A stretch of DNA of 64,000 nucleotides from the human T2T-CHM13v2.0 reference genome, Homo sapiens. The translations under genes and the position numbers were made by a program. The DNA lies in assembly GCF_009914755.1 (NCBI RefSeq), contig NC_060927.1, one strand, 5' to 3'. This document shows positions 28,441 to 41,400 of this stretch, one piece after another. How positions within the stretch are numbered: position 1 is the stretch's first letter; every line of letters begins with the position of its first letter. The notes under the pieces are model-generated. The model saw only the letters and a program-made list of their open reading frames with translations, searched no databases and was not told the origin of the DNA.

Positions 28441-30002
28441 GGCCCTCAAAAAATGTGAGTTCCCTTAGTCTTATCTTCTCCTGATAGGTGATTTGGTCTG
28501 TTATTTTTTTGTTGTTGTTAATTATTTTTTTCTTTATCTTTGCAAAATATAGGACTCTCTGAGACTGTGTTGATTCAGCCACAGAACTGCAACATTTATA
28601 CAGATTTACTTCACCCCATGAGATTAAAGAAATCTAGCTACAATTGTATATTGAAAAATGTTCACTTTTGCTTCTGGAGCAATGTCCCATAGAGGAGAAC
28701 AGTCTCCAAAGACCAGCAACGTCAGTTAAGGAAATTAATTTTGAAAGTATTACTCTGTCACTTTGTGCCTTCAGGCCAGTTACTTATTGATGGCAAGGGT
28801 TTACATTCGGATAAAACCATTTCACCCATGCAAGCCCTCTCCATTAAACGGGAAACAAGCATCTCGGCTTGACAGCTCAGAGGGCTCGGCTGCGCAGAAA
28901 GCCATTCTTAGAAGGTCATTTTACTTAAGCGTAAGATGAGAGAGAGTTCTTGCAAGATCATTTTCTTAAAGTACAAATAATGAATTAATAGCATGATAAA
29001 ACTGCATGCATTTTTAAAAATCCCATATTCATATGATCTTTACATGATTAAAATTGATGTTTTAAAACCCTGTAGCTGTATAGAGAGTCACTGAACAAGT
29101 ATCAGATGATGGATGCATAACAGAGGGTTTATTTCTCACCAAGTAACCACAGAAATGTCAATTAGCATTCTGAGTTACAATCTCCTTTTTAAAAAAGTAA
29201 CAATAACTAACAGCTGCCCTTCTTCCTCACAGTTTTAAGTTTATGAATGAGAAAATGTGTGGGAAAAAATCTTTATCAAGTACTGTTGCTATATAGTAAA
29301 ATATTTTATTATGTACTGATTGTTCTTAGACATTTGGCATAGAAACTTAAAATGTTGATATTATAATTCTCTTTCCCATATTCTTATTATTACATTTTTC
29401 CATCTTGTCTAGAGATATAATTGATCATTGGTCTTTGTAGCAGAAAGATCAAAGAAAAAGTCACCGCCACCTTCATACAAGCAAAGAAAGTGGCATGTGA
29501 GCCTGTAATGTGTGACACAGCAGAAACCAATAAAAGTCTCTTCATAGATAGAAATAAGCAAAACTTAGCTGTCGTTCAAGGGGCAGTAGTGTCCTGTGGA
29601 GGGAGGCAAGTTGAATTAAAGTTGGGAGGTAGAGGGAACCTCTTGGGAAGCAGAAGAGCTATTTAGAGCAGATTTGGAATTTCACAGATCTCAGAAGAGT
29701 CTGCCACATCAGGGAACATACAATAGCATGAAGTTGAGAAAACGTCAGCAGAAAGTTTAGTGGAGAAGCTTGAGGCGTAAGTGCGATGGGGATTAGTGAC
29801 CCAGTGAAGAAACTGGCCTCAAGATTCCTGGCCAGTGAGAAGGCCTCAGGCCTTTTCAGGGGCCAAGCAAGGCCAGTAGTCTGTGTCCTGATCTGAAAAA
29901 TATCTTTTGATCTTTTGCTCAAAATGCAGTACTGGTACAAGTTACTAGAGAAACCTCTGTCCAGGTGTTTGGTGGCGAGATTCAATTTTTCTGAAAATGG
30001 AA

Positions 30003-30275
30003 TGGAAACAGAAAACCAGATACCACACGTTCTCACTTACAAGTGAGTGCTAAGTGATGAGAACTCACGGAACACAAAGAAGGAAAAAACAGACACTAAG
30101 GTCTACTTGAAGGGGAGAGTAACAGAAAAGGTAACTATTGGGTAGTGGGCTTAATACCCGGTTGATGAAATAATGTGTACAGGAAACCTCTGTGACACAT
30201 GTTTATCTATGTAATAAACCTTCACAGGTACCCCGAACTCAAAATAAAGTTAAAAAAATAGTGACAACAAAAAAG
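30003..30275 (+). mobile_element. L1PA (L1PA15-like) 3' fragment
   Basis: gttctcacttacaagtg...aaagaagg...taactattggg...aataaag; TSD aaatggaa. Confidence 0.85.
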
Positions 30276-30942
30276 AAATGGAAAGTTTCCATGAAAGTCT
30301 GACTCAAACAGAAGGCCTCCCATGCTGAAGAAGCAACACACTTGGAAGGGTAGACGCAGCCTATCAAGAAGTTCATCAGAGAACAGATGACTGTGCACTC
30401 AGGGAATTAAGACAGAGATGGTGTTCCTGCACACATATTGCTATTTCCCGTCCCTTCCCGTTACCTGCCATGGTAGGCTTTGTTTGATAAACTGTGAGAA
30501 TGGAAGTGATTTTGTTGTAAGTGAATTCTGCTGTGTGTGAAGGGTAGACAATGGAGGTGATGATGTTAGTGACGAAAACAAAGTCCATTTGAACGGTGCT
30601 TTAAACTTTATAAAGCACTCGAATATATCTGATCCTCTGAACTTTGTGATAGTGAGATAAATTCAGCATGAATTTGGACCCACATTTTTCAGAAGGGTAA
30701 ATCAAGACTGAGAAAGGATGAGTGACTAGAACATGGGCACAGACAGTTGGGGAGTATTGGGAGAGGTCCACCCTCCATGTTCCCACATCTCAATGTTGAA
30801 TATCCTGAACCTCTGTGCAGTGGTGAGCCCAAGCAGCCCTTGTGGCTATGAGCTGGCCAGTACAAGCAAAGATACAGAGAAGACCCTGAAAGAACAAAGC
30901 AATTAAACCCAGAAAAAATGAATACATGAAGTAGAAAACAGG

Positions 30943-31120
30943 GTTTTTTTTGAATTTTTAAATTTTTTTATTTTTTGAAATAGGATCTCACTATGTTGCC
31001 CAAACTGGAGTGTAGTGGCACAATTTTGGCTCACTGCAGCCTCAGCCTTCAGAGCTCAAGTGATCCTCTGACTTCAGCCTCCCAAGTGGCTGGGACTGCA
31101 GGCATGTGCCACCACACCTC
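30943..31120 (-). mobile_element. Alu right arm (FRAM/AluJ)
   Basis: ggctcactgcagcctc...gctgggactgcaggcatgtgccacc. Confidence 0.88.
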
Positions 31121-31283
31121 ATTAAGGAGAAAAAAACAGTTTCAAAGACTTGAAAGAAGAGACTTTTTTCTTTCTCTTTTCTTATTGTAAACAACATTAT
31201 TCCATATAGCTTGTCATACGAGTGCTATTTATTGAATAACACATTTTCCTCTATTGAACCAAATAGAAACCAGCTAATTTCAG

Positions 31284-31685
31284 AATAATGATAATACTAA
31301 TATTTGTTGAACATTTGTATTCTTGAGCATTTTATTTTATTTTAATTTTTAAACAGGGTCACTCTGTTGCCCAGGCTGGAGTGCAGTGGCACAAACACAG
31401 TTTAGTGCAGCCCTGTCCTCCTGGGATCAAGTGATTCTCCCACCTCAGCCTCCCAAAGTGTTAGGATTACAGGTGTGAGCTACCACACCCCACCTTAAAT
31501 TCTTTATATGCATAAACATATTAAATACTCAAATGGAAAAAGTGTTATTCCATTTTATATATGAGCAAACTGAGGCACACATAGTTTGAGCAATTTGTCC
31601 ATGGTCATAGGGCTGATACTGAGAAAACGCAGGACTCAAAGCCATGTGGTCCAATTGTGGAGCCCGAACTCTTAACCACAATGTG
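31284..31685 (-). mobile_element. MIR, split by an Alu monomer
   Basis: ccattttatatatgagcaaactgaggcac...ggtcatagggc...ctcttaaccac. Confidence 0.8.
31330..31494 (-). mobile_element. Monomer-length chimeric AluJ
   Basis: Left-arm 5' end (cccaaagtgttaggattacaggtgtgagc) fused to right-arm 3' end (gcccaggctggagtgcagtggc). Confidence 0.8.
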
Positions 31686-32039
31686 ATAAAAATAGAAATA
31701 ACAAAAATAAGCAACGCATTTACCAAGAAAATTACAATTTTATATGAATAAAACAATAAAATCTGATGGATGGGCCTACAGAAATGTTAATTAGAAGTGC
31801 ATATTATCTTATTAGGAGGGATTTCTTCATGAGGCTTATGGTGTCCTCAAGGCTCACTGGAGAGTCATTACAGCATTTTACCCAAAGCAGTAATAGTTTG
31901 TGGTAGGATGCTGGTCATGACTGGTTCCTGTCTTATCTTTTTAAGCATTGGTAAAGATTACTCACTAGTTGAAATATAGAAATACCTCTTGTATCCATGC
32001 CTTCTCATCTCTTTTCACTTGTACAGTGTGATTCAGGAC

Positions 32040-32630
32040 TCTTGCCTCCTTGCTTCTGGGTTACTGTTGTGGTCTTTTGGCTAATCTCTTCAGGTAAAGG
32101 CTTTTCTGCAGTTTCTTTTATGCCGTACCCAAATATTCAAAGTGACTTGGGTGGCATACATTTTCATTAGCTCCCTACTTTCTCTCGTATTAAATCTAGT
32201 CTTTTCTGTGCGACTTGCCAGCCTCCTATCATTTTCTCCTATTATATGAACTGCCCAACTATATTCCTGACTTAAGAAAAATCAGTTATACTCTATTGTA
32301 TAAAGTATGCCATCTTAATTCTCAACTTGATGGTTTTACTCTCTCTAAATTCCTTGACATCTTCTTTTTCTATGCAAATCTACCCATTACTTATGGGTTA
32401 GCTCATGTCTTCCCTTCATGATGAAGCCTTCTGTAATGACCAAGGCATCACTGAGTTTCCTCTCCTTTGAACTCCTATATGATATATTTTCTGTAGTGTG
32501 AAATTAAATAGGGGCTTAATTATATATTATTATATCATGTTCACTATTGTTTCAAGATAGAAGTCTTTTCTACCTAACTCAATTATAGCCCCCTGAGGAC
32601 AAAGATGTTTTCTTTACTCTTGCCCGAAGG
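32040..32630 (+). mobile_element. Highly decayed L2 fragments
   Basis: gaagccttct...ctcctttgaactcctat...ccccctgaggacaaagat patterns. Confidence 0.45.
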
Positions 32631-32669
32631 CATAGGTTAATCACAAGTCCTGTCTCTTGTCAGACCATT

Positions 32670-33100
32670 GGCTATCATTAGTAACTGTGTCTGACTGCAG
32701 GTATTAGAGATTCAACTATGGTGACTTCAACACTTAAGGGTTTATTATTATATTTTACATGTAATGACAAATCTGGAAGGAGGGGACAGCTGGCATCAGT
32801 TCAGTGGCTCGAGAGTATGCAATTTGAGCTCTTTGCAATTCTTCCTGGTCTTTTCCCCATAGACTAAAATGGGTCCTGGAACTCTAGCCATCATCTCTGA
32901 GCCCCAAGCAGGAAAAAGAAGGAGGGGCAAGTGAGTCACACTTTAAAGAGCTTTCCCTAAAGCACTGCCTAGCATATGCTTCTGTCTCATTCATCACCTC
33001 TTTCTTCACGGAAAGCCTCTTTCAAAAAGGGGACCAGTTATTAAAGAAAGAGAAGATGCTAGTAATAGATATCTAAAAGCAACCATCAGTTTCTTCCACA
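32670..33100 (-). mobile_element. Old MLT1 (MLT1I/L-like) LTR
   Basis: tctgactgcagg...tctagccatcatctctgag...agcaaccatcagtttcttccaca. Confidence 0.55.
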
Positions 33101-33448
33101 CTCTATTTGACTCAAGATATTTTCCTTTCATCCAACTATAACACAACATTGCCATACATATTCTCTTTACGCATGGCTTTTTTCTTTCAAATCCAGATGG
33201 AGCTCCCAGTGTATTGCTACATTATTTGGAAAACCTCAGCCTGGATTTTAATGTTATTTCTTATTTGGTCCAGATATATCTGCCCTAATTGTAGCTACAA
33301 ATACCTTTTTACGTACAGGTTTTTCTTTTTCATTATCTCTCTCATTTCTACTTCTGAGTCTGCCCTGAGGTACTGTTCTTTCTACCTGAAATGTTTTAAT
33401 ATTTGACCATCGCATCTTTCCTCTGATGGACACTTATTATGCCACCTT

Positions 33449-33849
33449 GTGGGAACCTAGAACTTATTCTCCCAGATGCTGTGAGTGCTGCTGGCAGACA
33501 GCCCTTAGATCTTAGCTCCATTCAGAAATTGCCTTAGCTGAAGAAAGAAAACTAGCCCAAAGCTGTTCCTCCTTCTCAGGGCAATCCACACTCAATAATG
33601 GAAGTGAAGACATAAGGGTCTGGCCTTCTAGGCCCAGTTGGAACATCTGTAAAGGCCTGCTCCATTTGCAGTGCATCTCATAGATTTACAGTGAGACTGT
33701 CTTACCTCTCAGCTTGGCTTCGCCTCCTACCCACTTTTGTTTCCTTTTCTTCTTTCTTCCAGATATTGATTCCAAAAACATATCATAGTAAACTTCCTGG
33801 ACACTTATCTCCTTCTCAGTTTCTACATCCTAGGAAATCCAACTCACAG
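33449..33849 (+). mobile_element. LTR16A-like ERVL solo LTR
   Basis: tgctggcagacagccct...aattgccttagctgaaga...taaacttcctggac...aggaaatccaac. Confidence 0.7.
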
Positions 33850-33888
33850 CCTTTCTCTTTTCTGCTCCTCTAAAAAACTGCCACCTTC

Positions 33889-33922
33889 AGCCAGGTGTGG
33901 TGGCTCATGCCTGTACTGCCAC
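33889..33922 (+). mobile_element. 5' 34 nt of an AluJb split by the provirus
   Basis: agccaggtgtggtggctcatgcctgta; upstream TSD aaaaaactgccaccttc. Confidence 0.85.
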
Positions 33923-36059
33923 TGTTACAGGATTCCTTTGGTGCCACTTCACCAGTCAGAAATCTCTGTGGCCACCGTGACCTCTGCCTGGGGCCTCACT
34001 GGGACCACTAAGCTTGCTCCACCCAGTCAGCCCAGCAGGCTGCACTGGGCTCATGCCCTGGCCTGCATCCTGTGCTGATGAGGGACTCCACGCCCAGCTC
34101 CTGGCTGGACCAGGCTTGTAGTGGGTGGTTTTCACATTGGGCACCAGAGTCTAGATGAGGGGAACATAGTGCCACCTGAAAACTCAGAGATACCAGCACT
34201 CACAGAGTCCCAAGGGGTGTTACACTTCTTGCCTGGAGAGTCCTGAGGTCTGAGCCCCTAAGAAATGCTGCTGCTTTTGAAGTTCAGTGAGCCAGCCAGG
34301 AGGGAATGGTTCCTCACTGCTTCACTTCTTTGGGCCCATGGCTAGGCAAACGGGAGAGTTGTTATAGCTCTCCCCACCACCCACAGCTTGGCAGACAGTA
34401 ATGTGTTACAACTCTCCCTGCTGCCTGCAGCTCGGTGCATGGGGTGGGGGGCAGGGGATGGGGGTGGGTTACAGCTCATTCATTCCTGCCACCCAGCAGT
34501 TTTTTTCACTCCCATAGCTCAGTGAGCAAGAGTGCATGTTATAGCTCTTTTTGCACCCACCGTTCAGTGGATTCTCAGTTCTTGTCCATGACCAAGAAGA
34601 ATGAGGTATGCAGACACTGGAGAGTGAGCAAGGCAGAGAAGAATTTTATTGAGTGACAGAAAAGCTCTCTACATGAGAGGAGACCCAAAATGGGCAACCC
34701 TCTGTATGAGAAGGGGCCCAAAAGTAGGTAGCTGTCTGTGAGGCTGAGTCTGGGGTTTTTATAGGCCCAGAATGGGGGAGTGTGTTCTAATTGGTCCATG
34801 GGTGGGCCTGGAGAAAGCACCATTTGATTGGCTAAAAGGCATCAAGGAAGTTCTCACTCTGGTTGTAGATTCCACCTGGAACTGGCAGCTCTATTTTCAG
34901 ACTTCAGGCTGTCTTTGGTTTGAAGGTCAGGTTTTACCTAGGGCCTGTCCTGTCTGCCTAGGAATTTGTCTGCCTCCTTTCACTATCAATCTGCCTCTGA
35001 AGAGGTGCAGCTAACTGCTGTTAGGATAGGGAGGGTGACTGCTCTAACTGCTTCATGCTGACAAGAGACTTTATTTTGGGAAAATGGCAGTCAGATTTCT
35101 CTCAGAGGCCTATCTAAGGGTCCCCAGTAAAAGGGAGCCATTGCCCAAGCCTCCATTTGCATGACCATTTGGAGTTTGTTGGTCTCTAGGCAAGAAGAAC
35201 AAATTTTACAAGGAAGTTAAGTATGCATGGACCAAATATGACTATTATACAAAAAGGAACTAAAAGGAAAAAATCTGGTGTCAAAGATAACAGAAATAAA
35301 AAGTAAAATACACTAACCATTCTGAAAACAATGTTGTGGCCAGAACTGTTTCACCTTAGTGTAATAAGTTAAGTCTTGTATAGGGGAGGGCAGTTAAACT
35401 TTAGAAAAAAGACAGCTGTTTAGGGGAGTAGATAATCCCATGGGTATTCAGGATCAAGGGGTCTTTGGCAAACATGCCTTATGGTGAGGAAGAGAAGAAG
35501 GCAAGTACAGCAAGCATAGGCAAGACTATAAAGAGAGTATCTATGGAAGATTAATTATTGACACTCATCTTTTATTTTTAGCTTGAGGTCTCCGATTTCT
35601 TCACACTGGTGCTTTGGGGGCTGTTCTGGGTCAACAGAGATAATTCCGTCAGTTTCTCAGGCCTTTATGTGACTATAATGAGTTCAATAATCAATTCTAG
35701 TGACTTTAATGCTGAAGGAATAGAAGTACAGTGTAAGGTTCCTTTCAATCCAGGCCTACAGAGGGAGAAAGAGAAGGAAGACCATTTACCAGTACTAAGT
35801 CCCCTGATTTGAACAGAGGTGGCCCTAGTTCATGGGGTTGGGCCACACAGTTGTTCCAGTTCTTGTTGGAAATGGGCCAAAGAAATTACACGTTTAATCA
35901 CATCAGAGGTTTCTTGGTCTAGCAAGAAATCATTGGTGAGAAAACACCGTCCATACATCATTTTGAAGGGACTTAAACCCAGCTTTGAAGGGGTATTTCG
36001 AACATAGTAAGGCCATAAGAATAAGGGTAATCCAGGGGAGATGAGTCTCTTGAGACAGT

Positions 36060-38485
36060 TTTCTTAGTTGCCATTTGATAATATTATTTGTCTTTTCTAC
36101 CTTTCCCGAGGGTTGTGGTCTCCAAACACAATGAAGATGGCATTTTATGCCTAGTGTCTTTGAGATTCCCTGGGTGACAGCTGCCTTGAATGAAGGGCTA
36201 TTATCACATCACTCTGGAGGTATTTAGCAAGTCCAAAATGAGGAATTACCTCATTAATTAGTACTTTTATCACCTCAGAGGCTTTCTCTCTTCAACATGG
36301 AAATGCTTCTACCCAGTTAGTGAAGGTAAACCAGGGTAATACCGGAAGATACTGGATGCCCCTTATCTTTGGCATATGGGTGAAATACATCTGCCAGTCT
36401 TCTCCCAGGTAGCTTCCCATTCTTTGGGTTCCAGTGAGGAGAAGTCATTAATTGAGGGGATTATTTTTAAGGCAAGTCTCACAAGCATTACTGACCTGTT
36501 TGACTCTTTTAGCAGATTTTTTATGTGAGAACAACCTTTGGGACATTTGATAGGTTTTATCCTTACCTAGATGGAAGCCTTGGTGAATGATTTTAAGAAC
36601 TTTCCATTGACTGGAAGCTGGTAGATGAAGCTTGCCATCCTCCAATTGTAGCCATCTTGAGGGCTGAAAGGTGTATCCCTGAGAGGTGGCCCATTCTATT
36701 TCCACAGGAAAATATTGAGGTTTTATTTATCTTACAAAGCTCTCCCAGATTGGAGGGGCCTCAAGAGGATCAGAAATCTGTGGCCCTCTCACTGCCGATT
36801 TAGCTGCTTGGTCTGCCAACTAATTTCCCTTGACTATTTCATCCCTCCCCTTTGGGTGGCCTTTGAAAGGTATTACTGTCCCTTCCTATGGAAAGAAAAC
36901 TGAGGATAATAGTCTATTAATTTCCTGATGGTATTTAATGGGCAATTCATTAGCTGTGAGAAAGTCTCTTTCCAGATAGTGGCATTGGCATGGAGGACTA
37001 GGAAATCATACTTAGAATCAGTATAAATGTTGACTGCTTTCCCTTTGCTTAATTTGTGCACCCTTGTGATGGCAATTAGTTCAGCTAGTTGAGCAATTGT
37101 GCCTGAGAAGAGAGGCATGCTCTGAATAATGTCATTCAGGGTGATTATTGCATACCCTGCTTTATGAAACTCTTGTTCTACAAAAGAAATTCCATCCATA
37201 AAGAGAGTCCAGGCTGGGTTCTCTAAGGAGGTTAGTTTGAAGTCATCTCTGACCACATAGGTTTGCACTACTATGTGGTTGCAGTCATGTTCAAACTCCA
37301 TGGCTTCCCCTGGGAGGAAGGTGGCTGGGTTTAGGGAGGGACAAGTTCTTAACTGGACTGCAGATTCCTCTAATAACAGAGCTTGATATTCCAGGATGTG
37401 GTTGTACATTAGCCCGAGACTCCCCTTAGAAGACAGCAGTCCTGCCACATTACATGGGGCATAAACAGTTAAGTTATTACCCACGGTTAACTTAGTAGCC
37501 TCTGATACCACCAAGGCTACTGCTGCAACTGCCTAGAGGCAGGCCAGCTATTCTTTAGCTACTAAATCAAGCTCTTTGCTTAGGTAGCCTACAGGCTGCT
37601 GGGCTGGACCTTGGGCCTGGGTTACAACTCCCAAGGTCATTTTCTTCCTTTATGTTACATAAAGATTGAACATCTTCCCTGTGGGAAGACTAAGGGCTGG
37701 TGCCTCAAGCAAGGCTTGTTTCAATTGGTCAAATGGCCTTTTAGCCTCTGGTTCCCAAATTAGGGAGTGAGTCTTAGCTGCCTGAGTTTCCTTTATTAGG
37801 TAACATAAGGGATGAGCTATCTCATTGTACCAAGGTATCCATAATCTGCAGAATCCTGTAATGCTTAAGAATCCCCTCAGTTGCTTGAGGGTTTGGGGGA
37901 TGGGAAAGGAGGAGCTGGGCTTAATCCTTTCTTCGCCTAGTGTCCTGGTCCCCTCTAACAAGACTGGACTTAGATACTTGACTGAAGTCTGACAGAGCTG
38001 AGCCTTAGATTTTGAGACCTTATATCCTCTGTTAGCCAGAAAATTAGGAAGATTCTTACTGCCCTCCTGAGAGACTCAGCTGGAGCACAAAGGAGAATGT
38101 CATCTACATAGTGTAAAACTTTAACCTGAGGATAAAGGAACTCAGATCTTTTGACAGTGCCTGCCTGAACAGGTTGGGACTATCTTGGAATCCCTGAGGT
38201 CAACACTGTCCAGGTTAGCTAAGTGGTTTGGTTGTAGGGATCTTCAAATGTAAACAAATATTGGAGTTGGGGTGTAGTGGTATGCAGAAAAAAGACATCC
38301 TTTAGGTCCAGGACTGTGAACCATTTAATTCCCTCAGGTATTTGATTTAGCAAGTCATAGGGACTCAGAAACACTGGATGAATTGGAACCACGGCCTCAT
38401 TAATGAGGTAGAGATCCTGGATGAGTCTCCATTCCCTGGTGAGTTTCTATACCTCCAATTTTGGAGTATTAAAAGGGCTGTTGCA
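36060..38485 (-). pseudogene. pol: Decayed ERV pol (RT-RNase H-integrase)
   Basis: WFTVLDLKD, PQGFQDSP, HYVDDILLC (38087-38113), LRGFLSITGFCRLWIP, WTLFMDG...AQLAELIA...VNIYTDSKY, H-H-C-C and PGEDWQ/WVEAFP motifs; many stops and frameshifts. Confidence 0.92.
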
Positions 38486-39192
38486 CAGTTTGATACAAAA
38501 GTAACATAATGTCCTTCCAGGAGAGTTCAGATACTTGGATTAAATTCTAGAAAGACTCAATATTCATGCCTGGGTCATCTGCAAATTTGAAAAAATCCCC
38601 CTTAATTTGCCTTAAGTCCTGTAGAGAAAAGGGGACCTGGACCTTAATGGATCCATATTCACCAGGTGTCTCTTGTAGCGGTAGGAGTGAGACTGGGATC
38701 TGCCTAAAACAAGGACTTCTAGGATAGGGCAAGCTTGAGAGAGAACTTTGATAGGGAGAATGTGGTGGACTAGGAGGAGCAGGACTGGAGGGAGCTGACT
38801 CCCTTGGTGGAGGCACCTGGGGGGTTCACTTTCCTATTCCCTTGGGATTGCCTTTTTCAGCCTCTCCTGAGATGGTCACTAGGAGGGCTGAATCAATCCT
38901 ACAATGTCAGCAAAGTTTTGGATTACCCTGCAAGGCAAAGAAAGCCTGCACATATGGGACCTCAGACCATTTGCCCTGGCATTTAAAGAAAAGGTCCAAC
39001 TACAGGATAGTATTGAAATTAATGCTTCCCTCTAGAGGCCAGGCTTGTCCTTCCTGCAAATCACAATCTGGCCAAACCCTCATGCAAAGAAATTTAAAGG
39101 GTTTTTTTTTCCAGAGTCTGAGGGTCAAAGGAGTCCCAGTGATTCAAGATTCACTCAAGAGGAGTGCAGGCTGAAGATGGTCTGTTACCCAT
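38486..39192 (-). pseudogene. gag: Decayed, truncated ERV gag (MA, proline-rich region, start of CA)
   Basis: MGNRPSSACTPLE*ILNHWDSFDPQTL; proline-rich stretch; VQVPFSLQDLRQIKGD...DDP (ERV9/HERV-W-like gag). Confidence 0.88.
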
Positions 39193-40405
39193 CTGAAAGA
39201 GAGCGGAAAAGGCATCCTTTAGTTCCTGTCTCTCTTTCAGCAAAAACCTGGGGTATGTGAGGGGGAGAACAAAGGGTGTCATTTTTTTCTTACCCTCTTT
39301 TCCTTCCTCAAGTCCTGGCAGCCAGCAAGAAGCCACTCATGGATGTGAGTGCAACCTCCACCCATGAATTGGGAAGGCCTAGTTAGTAGGGATAGTCGTA
39401 CTTACCTATGCTGTATCCTAGCCTTCTGCTGTCAGTAACCTTTGGGTTCCACAGACCTCATCTATGCCATGAATGCAAACAAGTTCTCCACCCATGAAGC
39501 AGAAAGGCCTAGTCATCAGGGATAGTCATGTTCACCTGTGTTGTAACCTAGCCTTCTGCTGTTGACTGGCTCTAGGTCCCTCAGATATAGTTCTCTTTTT
39601 AGGGTTCCAAACTGAAGCTTGAAAAATACATTGGAGTAATGCTAAGGTGAAGCTGTGGAACCAGATCCTCCTCAAACAAAAGGAGAAAGGGAGTCCTGGG
39701 AACTGGAGACCTGTCCTAATAATATGCCTCCCATGAGGAAAAAATTACTCCCTTGCATAGAAAATCTCCCTGTATTCTCAGGACTATGTTGACTCCTGAC
39801 ATGGTGGGAAAAAAGCAAACAACTTAAATGCAGAGGAGAGAAGGTGCCTGGGGGATATAGCCTCTTGCCTTATGCTAATAGGTTCCTTCAGCAGGGGGAA
39901 GAAAACTTTCTTAATCATTACATTCTACTTGCTTCTAAGAATAGACAGAAACCACATTGTTCCAAATTACACTCCCGATGACTGAGCCAAGTGCTCATTT
40001 TATCCAATTATATTACCTTTGTGGTTTACAACAGCACCTTTAACATTGTATATAAAGAAGAGATAGAAGCCATGACAGCTGTGAAAGAAAGAAAGAAAAT
40101 ACCATAGGAAAAACTGGAGGTCCTAGTGCTAACACCCTAGTGGGCTGTGGGGGACTAGAGTCAGTCTAGGGGCCTTTGATAAACAAAAATATGATATAGC
40201 CTCAGCCAGATACCCTCATTTGCCCAAGAACCTTCCAGTCCCACACAATAGCTAGACCTCCATAAAAGGAAACTTGATTGGAACAAAGCTAACATTCCCA
40301 ACACCCAAGGGTGATGGAGGAGTTGACAAAGTCCTCCCCAGCAAGCCTGTCCTCTGCAGCTGTGCTATCCAAGTAGTAGGTCCACACTTACTCACCATTC
40401 TGATG

Positions 40406-40423
40406 ATCCCAGTCAAGCCCCCA
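40406..40423 (-). promoter_or_regulatory. Primer binding site, tRNA-Pro
   Basis: TGGGGGCTTGACTGGGAT vs TGGGGGCTCGTCCGGGAT (15/18; two differences are CpG decay). Confidence 0.85.
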
Positions 40424-41199
40424 GAAATGTTACAGGATTCCTTTAGTGCCACTTCACCAGCCAGAAATCTCTTTAGCTGCTGTGACCTCTGGCTGGGGCC
40501 TCCCTCAGGCCTGCTGGACTCACTCTACTCACTTGGCCCAGCAGGCTGCACTAGGCTCACTTCCCAGCCTAGATCCTGTGCCTGAACAGGGACTCTGTGC
40601 CCAACCTCTGGCTAGACTGGGTGTGCCGTGAGTGGTTTTTGTCTTGGGCACCAGAGTCTAGATAAAAGGAACATGGTGACACCCAAAAAGTCAGAGATGC
40701 CAGCAGCCATTAAGCCCCAAGAGGTGTTAGAGCTCTTGCTTGGAGAATCCTGAGGTCTGAGCCCCCAATAAATGTTTTGGCTTTTATAGTTTGGTGAGTC
40801 AGTCAGAAGGGAATGGCACCTGACTGCTTCACTTCTTTGTGCCTGCAGCTCGACATGTGGAACATGTTACAGCTCTACTCACTGCATACAACTCAGGGAT
40901 GGAGGTGTGTTTTAGCTCTCCCCCTGGCCTGTAGCTCAGTGGATGGGGGGGGCATGTTATAGCTCTCCCTGCCACCTGAAGCTTGGTGTACAGGAGGGTC
41001 TTACTGCTCATTCATGCCAGCTGCCCACAGCTCAACAAATGAGGGCATGTGGCACCCAGTGTTTTTTTTCCCCTCCCATAGCTCTGTGAGTAGGAGCACA
41101 TGTTGCAGCTCTTTTTGTACCCACTGTTCAGCAGGTTCCAAGTTCTTGTCCTGCAACCAAGAGGAATAAGGCATGTGGACACCAGAGAGCAAGGCAGTG

Positions 41200-41400
41200 A
41201 AGAATTTTATTGAGCCACACAAAGGCTCTCGACATGAGAGTGGACCCGAAGAGGGTAGCCCTCTGTGTGGGGAGGGGGAGCCTGAAAGCAGGTAGCCAAC
41301 TGTGAGGAAGAGTCTGGGGTTAATATGGGCCCAGAATGGGGGAGTGCATGCTGATTGGTCCATGGGTGGGCCTGGAAAAAGCACCATTCGGTTAGCTAAA
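41200..41400 (-). promoter_or_regulatory. 5' LTR core promoter and poly(A) signal
   Basis: Minus strand: CCAAT box (ggaccaatcagc), TATA-like catattaa, downstream AATAAA; the 3' LTR has cctataaaa at the equivalent position. Confidence 0.5.

Noticed and set aside
34300-34560. Spaced ~40-bp repeats in the ERV LTRs superficially like a CRISPR array
   Set aside because: Degenerate tandem units intrinsic to this LTR family, in human DNA, with no cas genes
35600-36050. Possible env ORF in the minus-strand provirus
   Set aside because: No recognisable furin site, CX6CC or immunosuppressive domain; only ~1 kb lies between integrase and the LTR
40851-40869. p53-like gacatgtggaacatgtta in the 5' LTR
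   Set aside because: Half-sites are mis-spaced and mismatched; it is a CpG-decayed repeat unit
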